Assembly (NCBI RefSeq): GCF_964204645.1
Contig: NC_134029.1
Coordinates: forward strand, 5,518,001 to 5,582,000
Reading direction: 5' to 3'
From: Tubulanus polymorphus
Lineage: Eukaryota > Animalia > Nemertea
Length of the DNA stretch: 64,000 nucleotides
How positions within the stretch are numbered: the first letter of the stretch is position 1; every line of letters begins with the position of its first letter. The notes beneath the pieces were generated by a model. That model ran no database searches. It had not been told where the DNA came from and worked only from the letters and a program-made list of their open reading frames with translations. Both the position numbers and the translations under genes were made by a program. Shown here in pieces: positions 52,709-64,000 of this stretch.

Positions 52709-55278
52709 ACCGCCGCTTTGAATTCTGACTGACAAGTTGGAAATTAAAATGTCATATTTCCCGTAGTTGCAGAAGAGCGAACGATGTCGGCGGCTTCGTC
52801 GCGACCAACACGGTTTTACCGCGAGCGGAGTTTATCTACACTCGAGCCGCTGTAATTTCCGGTCTGATAATATACTTCTAGGAGCCAATTAGCAGGAAAT
52901 GTCTCAACAACAGTCATCCGCGAAAAACGATTTTCACATCACCTGCGTTCCGGGCCTTCTCGTCGCTAACACAATTCCATCCTTCCTTTCATATCGCGAA
53001 GACCTTCTTGCGCGATCAGAACCTGTACAGCGAACTGGCTACAGAGATCTTTCAAATGGCACCTCCTATCGTTTTTATTTTGTCGTCTTTATTTAATCAG
53101 ACGCAGCGCACAGTGCTATAAATAAAGAAATATTTGCCCACAGCCGCGCTCACCGGTGGCCGTACTTCAAATATAGCTTTCGATGGATTCTAATCCGTCA
53201 GATGACGGCCCGTTCTGAAATTGTTTACACGACGAATTCTTTACCTTCGAGACATTAGTTGTCGTTGCTTAGGTGAGCGGCTTTTGTAGGCAATACTTCA
53301 AATGTCTGCGCAAGCTGATTTTGTAACAGCTAATGCTCTTCGACAGTCTCTTGTTTTGCATCACGTATTGTATTCGCAATTCCACGAGGCAACTTTTTAA
53401 TATATATATACTAGAATATGATCATTCACGGATAATGTGAAATAATACCACAACCTATATCGATTTTCTCATCCGTTTCAAATTCGATGAAAGATATCCT
53501 TGTGTAATTTTCACCATTTTATGATTACAATAATATTATCGATAGTTATCGGCTGTACAATCATATACATATTCGACAGAGCACAATTAGCAGCCAATCT
53601 CTCTGAAACCAACTAGCAGCTTTGTGGCAAACGCGATGCAATGAAATATGTATCGTAATAATATGATGTAAAGTTACTGAGTACACCCAACATGAAGTCC
53701 TATGAATTATTTACTAATCAAGTACGTACATTTAGCTGGTTACTCAGTGGACACTTCCAGCAGTGGCCTGTGCTAAAACCTGCTTAGTCTTTGGACCTAC
53801 TACGTATTAGCCGAAATTTGCAGGTCGACACTTCAAGTTTTGAGTTGGAATTCATCTAATTCATTTTTTTGCGTTCCTTGAATGTTATGATCTGAATGTT
53901 AATGACATCCCTTTGTCGTAACGCGTTTATTCATGTTTGTCTCGTTGTCACGTCATTTTATTTGTAACCTTCGTTTCTATAAGTCAATTTCCATGTTTCT
54001 GACAGTTTTGTAGTCAATTTCGATATTTCTAAATGGAACTTTCTCTTATGATTTAACGCGGACTTTCCGACGTCGTTCTTTGAGAATAGTTTGAATGTCA
54101 ATAAACTACGCTGCTCCCAGCATGTTGGTATGAATTGTATATTGACGCTTTCAACAAAGAAGTTGGGTGTAACGCATGTAAACCAGACATATGATATTAC
54201 TAATATACTCTGAGGCATTACACTATCATGTCAATTTTTACGGTTTTTTGTTGTTGCTGAAATCGAAATAGCACTATACGAGGCGTTGTGTCACATACAT
54301 TTTTTTAGTTTCTTTGTTTGTTTCACGTCAAAATAACAAATAATGGAATTTCTAGATCGAATTTAATCATATTCTAACTAAGCGAAAGACCTTAAGAATG
54401 AAAGGAGAACGGATACAGATCATAGCATAAAACTTCGACAGCTACAGAGTTGAGTGTATCAACCCAGCAGCCAAAATGTACGTAGCCCGTTTGATTATAT
54501 ATGGGTTTCATTGGGTTTTTTATGGCATACGTGCATAGACGTGATTAGAGCTTATCAGTTTTTTTTTTGTTTGAAAGATGAACAAACAATGAATATGTGA
54601 AAAAATGAAAAGTCTCAAAGAACAATTATTATTTCATGAAATACAGTCGTTATTCATTTGAACATATGCACTAGCTCGCCATCTATCGTCAAATTCCAAT
54701 CCGCGCTTTATAGCGCCCTATTACTAAGTGCTGATGACATCTAGCTTTCGCGCATACATCCGCGTACCGGGTAGGTCAAATTCTTGAACATTTTACCGAC
54801 AACTGTCGCACTACATGTTAGACTGAAACCATAGATTTGGAAAATTAGATTCTTTGTTTGAAAAAGAGCTATAATCGTCATACTCATCTCGTAAAGGTTA
54901 TTTTCGGCTGTCTAGAAAATAAGAGACGTACAACATTCATTACCAACTTTGTAAATGTGTATTTGATGCAAATTTACATCGAAGTCTTACAACGGTGGAA
55001 GGACTAAATACACTGGTTTTCGAACGCGACGCTTTATGAAGTGGCGGTATTGTTGAAGGTGTGAACGAGCCTACTTTATCCAGGTATTCCTGAATAGGAT
55101 CGAAAGCCATTAATTATAGAATCTGAGATATGAGACGAAATAAACTACTCGACTTCCTAGACAATCGAAATCCATTTTTCAACGCCTTCCCACACGGAGA
55201 ATGACACGGGTCCAATTGAAATCTCATCAAGCGATTTGTTAAGTAAATGTTTTTGTAAAATGTAAATCTATAATTTTC

Positions 55279-55407
<129 letters not shown>

Positions 55408-58400
55408 AATCGCTTCTATCGATCGATTTGGCATCTTACTGCTCATTTTATATTCTATGCACAGATGTTTTCACCAAATCTCTCTGTTCTTTTTTCACTC
55501 CACGCGCAGAAATTTCTATTCAACTAGACTAGTTTCATACAGTCTAGTTTCATAAGTTTGTCACCACTTGTTTCTGTTGTCGTTGAGAGTATTGTGAATC
55601 TGTGCCGAAGATGATCAATGCGAATAAAAACGAGCCCGCAAAAAGAAGACGACACCTGGCACGGAGCCGACACGTGACGTCACACGAGTACTGTTTAATT
55701 AGGCTAAATATATACCGCCTGGTCGACGTTGATGCTTGTAAGGCAAATAGCGTGGCGCAAGTGTCGAAACTTTTGATCACTGTAAATTCGGTAAGTTCAA
55801 ATACCACTCATGGTGTAAAGCGCTTCTTTTGATTTTTCTATTCGGTAGATTTTTATTGCGTCAGAATTGAAAGGTTGTCCAACTCACCGGAGCTCGATTT
55901 ACGGCATCTATTGTCGGAACGCTTTAAAAATGTTTTTTTTTCACATTGCGGCCATTACCTGTTAGAATTTACAGCTCTCTGTCGGTCACACCTCGGGAAG
56001 TTGATCGTATTGCTTTGTCCCGATTTAGCCGCTTTTTTTAAGCGATGCGATCCCATCGTAGCGTTTATTACCAGCCTTCGCCTGAGAACCTCTCAAAACG
56101 TCTACCCGAAGTAATGCCTTGAAGATCACGAAAACTTGAGTTATGCAATGATTTCTGGGGGTTTCCACAAAAAGAACGTAACTAAGCAGCATGGAATCGG
56201 GGAATACTCCTCTGATGGGGTCGAAATAAGTTCAGATATATATATTGTTGTCGATGGTAAGTCTTTTGAAGTTGGGACAATGCTTGTTCGTTAGATTTTC
56301 GTCTCATCCTCTGACGCGAGAGAGTATATACACGTGTCTTCAAGGATGCGCACGCAGGTCTCGGCGCTCGGTATATCAATCGAACCAGCGCGGCCACACG
56401 CGCTAATTTAGCAACATAATGATTTTACAACGTTATTCAATCAAGTTTTAACGCTTATATATTTGGTTGATAATGAAAAACAGCTCAACGAATTAATTAA
56501 AACATTAATTTAAGCTCGCACGTGAGGACAAGTTCAATTGAAGTAGCTCATCACGACCGTTTAAAAATAATTGAATATGATGCGCGAACTGCGGTGTTCT
56601 GCGCATTCAAACAAAACAGTGGGAAACAATCCAAAATTGCTACAAATTGGGTACGAGAGACATGTCATCAATGAATCGTGCACCTTGTCCTTAATAGTCC
56701 GTTAAATGTTGTCTTTTGTCACGATTTCTCGAAAAACCGGTAGCGGTAAAAAAAAACACGATTGAAGATCGTCGCGTCGACGGTCGATAGGTCTCTGTAC
56801 ACCCCTGTGTCAAAACTCCCCAAACCATTAAGCCCTATACGATATTGCTTTTGAATTGTTTATTCTTAAATCAAAATCTTCGCCAAAAAACACTCGAGAC
56901 ATTCTAGACGGCGAACGACAAGTTCATCAAATACAATAAACAGCGGTTGAGGATGTGGGCCGACGTTTATGTCATAAATCGAGCATTTAATGCAAGCGTC
57001 GTTGGTGGCTTTTATTGCTAAAGAATTGACTCGTAAAACGTTGGTTGAATCGAGGATCGTTACAATGCCGAAATGAGTATAGCTTTACTGAACTTAACTG
57101 TGAACACAATCGCAATTTTATTTTGCTCGTATCAAGAATGCTTTGATACATTTGCCGTTCCCTTGAACGTCTTTTTAGATGATATCCGAGAGGAGATATC
57201 TTTATCTTTCTTCTGCTCTTATTAAAGGCGATTATGGAGTCAGCGCATTTTGACGTCGAAATACGATGGGCCAACCTAATTACAAAATAAACGTTTCATT
57301 GAGCCTACTTAAAAACCAGAATTTCCGGGTAAACGAAAATACCAAACGAAGTATTAGATCTTTGATATTGGAAAGCATTATGTTTTTTTTTCTTTGTTTG
57401 AAACGCCATAATCTCTAAGCATATTATATTGCTACGAGTCCCCAGTGAAATGTAGGTGCGAATTAATCGCAGTCATCATTTAAATCGTGGACTCTCTTTG
57501 GTTAAATCCATTTCTAGAGGCATCACCAGTCAGCGTCTGCATTCATCCTTAGTCGTTCATTTTTCCGTAGAAACGGACAGGTACCGTGAGAACTTTGCAG
57601 ATGCTTCAATGTGCAATAAAAACGCCAAAACAATCCAAATTATTGTTACTATATAGACATTTGCGGTTTTCGATGAAGCCACAAGTGAAAATGCCCGTGG
57701 GCTGGTTTCTCAGTTATTCTACCATTCATAACTTCTCCGACAGTTATTGGCAATTATCTGGCGCTAATGAGATGAATTCTAGGCTTTTTAGAATTAAATT
57801 CTTTTAAGTAATGAGAGCAGTCGCGTGGCTCAATTCAACATGTCGAAGAAAAAATACATTAACGGCACCGTAAGCTGCCTCGCCCACGGCCAGAACCAAA
57901 AACGCCTAATGGCGCTACCGTTCATATGGTTAATTTAGTCCAATACGGGGTTACGTTCCCTACGGGTCGGGTTATGTTATTCCTTAGGCGTAAGTCTGTT
58001 TGCCCGAAGGTTCGCATACCCTCCAGTGCTGGACGAGAACATGTCGTTTTTCGACAAACAAGTTCGCTAAATGGTATAATCATTTCATTCGACATGTCGG
58101 CACAAAAAGTCAAGATGCGAGTGAATTCAAGGTTAACGTTAGAAACGTCTGCTAGAAAAACCGCGCATTTAGCCGCGAGCGTTGTGTTACCCACGGAAAA
58201 GCTGTTCCCGTTTGGTCATTCCATTTCTGGAGCAATTATCATCTGCTAGCTGAAAATCCACTGGACAGATTGTTTTCGTCATATCGGCAATCGGGTCGTT
58301 CACGCAACTCCACGATTTAGAGAGAGCATATGTTCTGTCAGCTCAAATTTAAGCGATTCATCAGATAGGTTCTTTCATGTTATCGGGAATTTTTGTCGGT

Positions 58401-59472
58401 AATTGGAGGGCGTTTATTCACTTTCAATCGGCCCAGCGTTTATTCACAATTCTTCTGCTATCTGGATTCATAAAGCGACCTTTTAGTCGGTCAATTATTG
58501 AGGGAAGATAGACATCTTTTTGCTGCGCCAACCGGGACGAAGATCGAATTACAAGAGAATCAGTCGTTTTATGATCAATATTTTCCCAATTCCCATCTTC
58601 TCGAAATATTCTCAGAAATATTTTTTTCCGTTTGGCCCTTTTTAAGATCATATCGTAGCGTAAGAGATTGGATACGCCTGCCTACTTGCGCTGCACCGAA
58701 ACTTTGGCGAGGTTCGCTAGCAACGTTTATTTCCTTACAACGGAATAAAATGAATAGGTCACAATGAACCTTATGTTCACGAAAACAGAAAATTGCTTTA
58801 ACATTCCCTCTTCATTTTGAGTGTATTCATCGAAAAATCATCCCTTTGTGTTTAGACCAAATCGGCGAAGGGATTAAGTGCCCTTAGGCGGATGCATGGA
58901 TAAAAAACGACGATGTAAACTGTTTGGCCTGCGAGGTCAAGTGATACCGAAGCGAGTATGATCGTGGTCAGTCAGGCGCCTGAACATATAAAACACACGT
59001 AAAGTCAATGAGCCGGTGACATATTTCATGTATAGATACAGACTGAAGAGCTCCTTAATAAAGCACACAGTATTATAACGATTTGGATCGATGACCGTTA
59101 TGAAAAACGGTTGAAAGCAGCTTTGTTTGGATTCAATAATCACAACTATAACAAAAAATTACAAAGGAAACTTGTGGCTCAGATTCTAGACAGTGGTATA
59201 CGTGAAAGGGAACATTGAACATCATACAAGATGGAGGACTGATACCAGATGTGTTTAGGGGGAGGGGCAGTGTTACGGTCATTTTTTTTTTGTTATATCC
59301 TATAATCAAAGCACAAATATACGTACTGCAACACGATTCCTTGACTCCAGACTTCAAGATATGTAATAAGAAATGAACTGCTAAATCTTATCACTGGTAC
59401 AAGGATCCGTCCATGAAATTCAGGGAGCGAAATAGATTCTGGAATAATTTACCATCTCTATAGAGATATAGA

Positions 59473-59695
59473 GGGCGTGTTCACACGCAAACCACTCACT
59501 CGATACTAAGCAATGCTTAAACAAAGCGAAATGAGTCACTTCCGTAACCAGTTGCAATTCACACGCAATCATTTGACCCGTGCTAAAATTTGGCTCGAGC
59601 CTGGTCCGACGTTTTTCGGCGGGACAAACAGGCACGAGCCAATTTGGCACCCGTGTAAATAGTTGTTCCGGCCATGTTTGGCCAATCCAGGCCAA
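59473..59695. mobile_element. Possible PIF/Harbinger-like MITE remnant
   Basis: Starts gggcgtgttcacacg, repeats ttcacacgcaa, and has internal inverted motifs (aaatttggctcg / cgagccaatt). Ends are not resolved. Confidence 0.3.
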
Positions 59696-60916
59696 AAACG
59701 CTCATGTGATCGCTGCTATAGTTTAATCTCTATAAAGATTAAAGAGTCTAGACGCAATAATATCCAACTTCCGTTTCAGTGTAATCATTTTCATTCTAGC
59801 TATCGAATATCGTTATATATATCTCGTCATAACTTTCAGTCAGAACTTTTTGTGATTTGTTAATGTTTAGGTCAGGAACGAGATTGAATGTGAACGCATG
59901 GTGGACGAGAGAGTAGAACTATAGTTCAACCAGCTTTAGTTCTTCCTAAATTCGTCGTAGAAATAGGGGAATGGACCCTTGGTTGCATATCCAAATATCT
60001 AACAGTCCTATAGTCCAGAGATAAGTGGTCCCTCAACTACTTACGACTTCGCCTGTATATATAAATCACTACCAGTTATGACGGTGGTCTTGTCTAATTG
60101 GATTTTGGTTGATGAAGACCTGGAAATTAATTGCGTTTGGCGGATGGAAATGATGATTAGTAACCGTGTGATTCTAACTCAATCTGTTGGAAAAGCTTCG
60201 TAAATGAGCTCAATACATCGCCAGGGAAAACAGCTTGTTATAATTTGGCTTTTTGGTCCCATCCGACAATTTACATAATAATATCACTACCGCTACGAGG
60301 GATCTTTGCTCGGATGAAACGTATTTCGAGGGTTCGAATGTGAACCCATATGCCGTGGTATTTTGACGCCCCTGCGGGTTGGGGGTATCCCGGCGCGTTA
60401 CACAGGCAACACCGGCGTGGTCTCCTATGAGCAGACGAACTATTCCACTTCCGGCGATATTCACTTAACAGTTCGTGACAAATTGACGGCGCCCTTGGCA
60501 TTAGCTGCTGTGGATCTGTTAACTTTTGAAAGAGCTGCAAATCATCTCATCTTGAGATAATTAAATTTGCCTCTAGTCTCCACTTTGATTTTAACGGCGT
60601 CGATGCGAGATGAACGAGTGCTGCAACTTCCATTTATAGTTGTTAAGGTGCACGGCGTATCCGGTTCTATTTAAAAGTACCCGTTTTTTGACATTTTTGT
60701 AAAAAAACAACCATTCTCGAAATACAAACGATTCCAAGTACTTTTTTTTTGATAGAAAATTACTCGTGATTCTATGGATTTTCATGAAATCCTCAGTACA
60801 CTAGCGTACGTACACGGTTTTCATGTGACCGTTACGACGCAAGGGAAAGCGTCAAAAACCTCGGTGTGAATAATTATGATTATAGCTGTATAATTAATTT
60901 TGGCTTCGTCCTGTAG

Positions 60917-61275
60917 GCAGAAAAACTGACGGACTGTGATTTCATTCAAGTCACGCGCTAAGACGCGGGACATATGGCATACAAGCCACTACTGTACCGC
61001 CATGGGATCAGCCATGAATTTCACCACAGATGAGTGTGAAAGACAGCACAAAGACAAGCCGTTAGTCCGTCAACTGTCGCTATCTTTCACAATCAATTAC
61101 ATCGGTAACGTGAAAGAGTCGAGACGGGAGAAACGGTGCAAGGGTCGTATGGTAGTCGACTTACCCTCCAGGGGGCACGTGTCTCCGGTATAGGAGGTAT
61201 CCCCCAAACACGTGTGACCAACTTCTGCTTGGTGCGAAATTAACAAAATGTTTGACCGATTGGATCTGCTGAATG
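60917..61275 (+). other. Candidate 5' exon of a plus-strand gene continuing right of the window, ending in a short coding start MFDRLDLLN
   Basis: Acceptor ttttggcttcgtcctgtag, donor AATG|GTAAGC, and aacaaaATG at 61248 open to the donor. No recognisable homology. Confidence 0.3.
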
Positions 61276-62682
61276 GTAAGCTGTTTGTTGCCGCCAAAAA
61301 TGAAGGAGAACTATTACAAAAAAACACTATTTCACGTGAACCCAGTATGGTTCACGATTTATTGTAGATTTCACTTTTGTTTCGGTATCATTGACATGGC
61401 CATCTTCTCTATTTCCCTCGTACATATTCTATTGAAAAATGTTTCCAAGCGACGCCGTTTACAAAAACGTTTTTCTTCGGTAAAAGCTAATAACAACAGA
61501 TGCGTGCGACGCGTCGTCGAAAAACACTCAGGTTTAATGCGTCAAATAACCTGAATTTATAGGAAACCTGCGTTTGAGGGCGCAGCGCACGGTTGATAGC
61601 CCCGGGCCCAACTAAAGTCTAAACGATTCAACTACTTGAAACGAATTTGTCGAATTTAAGCCAATAATGCGCATAAAGGAAAATCAAGATGAGAAATTAA
61701 TCGCGCGTTAACCAAAAAATGCGACCGGTTTGAGAGAGTTCTTTCCTCGAGGGTAAAACAAACAGTGCGTCGGTGTGGGAGTAAGCGCAAAATGTCGAAA
61801 ATAGAATTTAACCACTTGAACTTTTTCGTTTTTCAAATAATTCGCCACTTGAATTGTTCCAAATAAACGTTTTTATCCACAAACCGTGCACGCGACGGTG
61901 ATGGCAGGTGAGGTGAAATTATGTGAGAACCTGACTGTATAATGTTGATCAATCTGTTTGAAATCGAGATAAGTATTTTTATCTGCAAACTCGATACGTG
62001 AGTACATTGAATTATTTACGTAGGCGTTTTTATTTACAGATCAATCGCGATCATGATGACGTGTTCGAATTAGAATCTGTATTGAAAAATAGATAAACCT
62101 ATGGGAACTACAATACAGAGTACACTAGCCACCGCTGACACCCCCTGCGGCACACCCTCGATGTCTCAGCGATATGCCATGTTACGAGTAACTACGTAAA
62201 AAGAGTTCCCTTTACGCGATACAGTAACAATAACTATGATAGTATGATTGAAATTGTGACTTCAACCATAGACTCAAAAACGAAGGGACGTGAAACGAAA
62301 ACGCCGGCTTTTTCGTTTTAGAGCCCATGCTTCAATCAATCATTTATTTACCAGTTTTGTAACATGATTGCGGTCGTAAGTATGGTATCTTTCGAATAGT
62401 TATAGGACTAAAGAGTGCTTAGCCTGTGTGTATTCGAATGGGTCATGGGTCACGAGTTCGACTTTTGGGACACGCGCCTTTCTCTCTCTCGTAAGAGTCT
62501 CCGAATTTTCGAACCTACGACACGCTGATGGTGCGTAGGATCTATTCGATCGTCATTTGCATAACAAAGCAATTGCGAGCGTTGGACGTCGGGAAGAAAA
62601 AGTTAACTTTATAGTTTAGTACCTGCCATAATTCCTATTCGTTACGTCGTTATCTATGTACTGTTAACTTGAGGTTGTTTTT

Positions 62683-62897
62683 ATCTTGAAATTGGGATTT
62701 TCCCTGTTATTTATTTGATTGGTAGATCTATTTTGATTGTAATTTGGTGTCCCTTTCAAACCCACCACACCTGCCGGGAGCGAAACAGGGGATTTGATTT
62801 TGAAATCGGAAGAAGTACAGATACAAACTTGAGTTTATCGGCGGTCAAAATTACAGACATTTTTGTTTAAATCGAAATACATAATTGGAAATTCAGG
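62683..62897 (+). repeat. Interspersed repeat family of about 210 bp, copy 3
   Basis: Same core: cccaccacacctgccgggagcgaaacaggggatttgattttgaaatcggaagaagtacagata. Confidence 0.85.
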
Positions 62898-64000
62898 ATA
62901 ACTTCAGGTTATAACCGCACCCGGCAATCTTAGGGCTTAATACTAGCTGGTCCAACTAAAAGGTGTTGGCCATGTAAAGCAGAAGATGAAAAATGGAAGG
63001 CTAATTTTCTTGTGATAAATGGTCATTGGATAAAATTTGGATAAAATTTATATGGAGGATTTGTGGGCTTTTATTATCAAAAGCAAACTCATTTGAAACA
63101 ACGCATGCGTCAATGGTAGGCCGTTCGTAGAGTAACAAAATCATAATTCGCTTTTCGTGTGGTCATTTTTCTCACAGGCAATTGACTTTGATAATCAGTC
63201 TTGGAATCTTTAAGGAATGGCTTAAATCTTTAGGCAAATGTATGATTTTTTCATGGCCTTGTTGGCCGTGATGTGACTGCATATATAAATCACTGATCAA
63301 TAACAATGTCACTAAGGATACCCGGCATCGGGGATGGAAAGGGACCGAACGCACAATTTATGAAAGCCATGTGTCGAGAAAACCTGTCGTTTTATCATCC
63401 CACCAGTTATAATTGATAGATATCTTCGAAATTTGACATCTATTGGTTTTTTATTTCTATAGCGTGTTGTGTGAATCCTAGAAGCAGGTGACGATAGGAT
63501 GATATTGTTGATAGATTTGAGTGGAGACGTCTGCAAACAGGGCAGCTGCTTAAACCTAGATGTCTGGCTTCAAGCCGCGGAAACGCTGATAGATGCTGAT
63601 GTTCCACAATGGGAACACTTTTTTCGCTCGTCAAGACACGACCTTTGACAGAAAAATCGACGTTTTGAGCACGCGTTATGATCTCACCAAACGCTCGTTC
63701 CACGTGGCTGTTTCTGCTTTTACGAACTTTGCCTATCCCTATCGAGCTCGCATACATCGAATTGTTGTGTAATTTTTAATGTATTTGTTCCAACGGTGGG
63801 CCAAAAGTTGCCCTGAACACAACAGGGAGGCGTTTAACGCGCTCGTAAATGGCCCACACGTGTTTTGGTGGGTGCAAGAAAGGCTGTAATGTAGATATGT
63901 TGCAGTCACGACGGACCATCTGCCCCAAAAACAACGAGTTAATTGTTCTTTGTGATTCACAATTGTTGGTTTTCTTTACATAAGGCACAAAGAACCTTTT

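Overview
Eukaryotic, intron-rich animal DNA, moderately AT-rich with no obvious CpG depletion. It looks like an invertebrate, possibly a lophotrochozoan, but the taxon cannot be fixed from sequence alone. Almost all of the six-frame ORF track is noise. Two genes are well supported, both on the minus strand. (1) The first coding exon (11260-11700) of a canonical TRPC channel of the TRPC4/5 / TRP-gamma type; its downstream exons appear to lie left of the window and its 5' UTR probably starts about 26 kb upstream, near 37.4-38.2 kb. (2) A complete 12-exon polypeptide N-acetylgalactosaminyltransferase (GALNT, 620 aa, 52708 to 40590), reconstructed by hand with GT-AG introns and consistent phases. 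The GALNT introns hold most of the oddities: two hydrophobic exons that splice in frame into a possible interleaved 99-aa two-TM protein; a 979-bp foldback transposon built from palindromic E2F-like cassettes, inserted 9 nt from a splice donor; a perfect 217-bp inverted duplication with a template-switch signature; MITEs; and a LINE tail. The most unusual signal is that joining the candidate TRPC upstream exon (donor at 37431) to the coding exon (acceptor at 11700) creates a perfect 10-bp hairpin across the junction, 5 nt before the AUG, together with an overlapping uORF that an alternative acceptor would put in frame. No tRNA, rRNA or CRISPR feature is supported. All splice models are inferred without transcript data.
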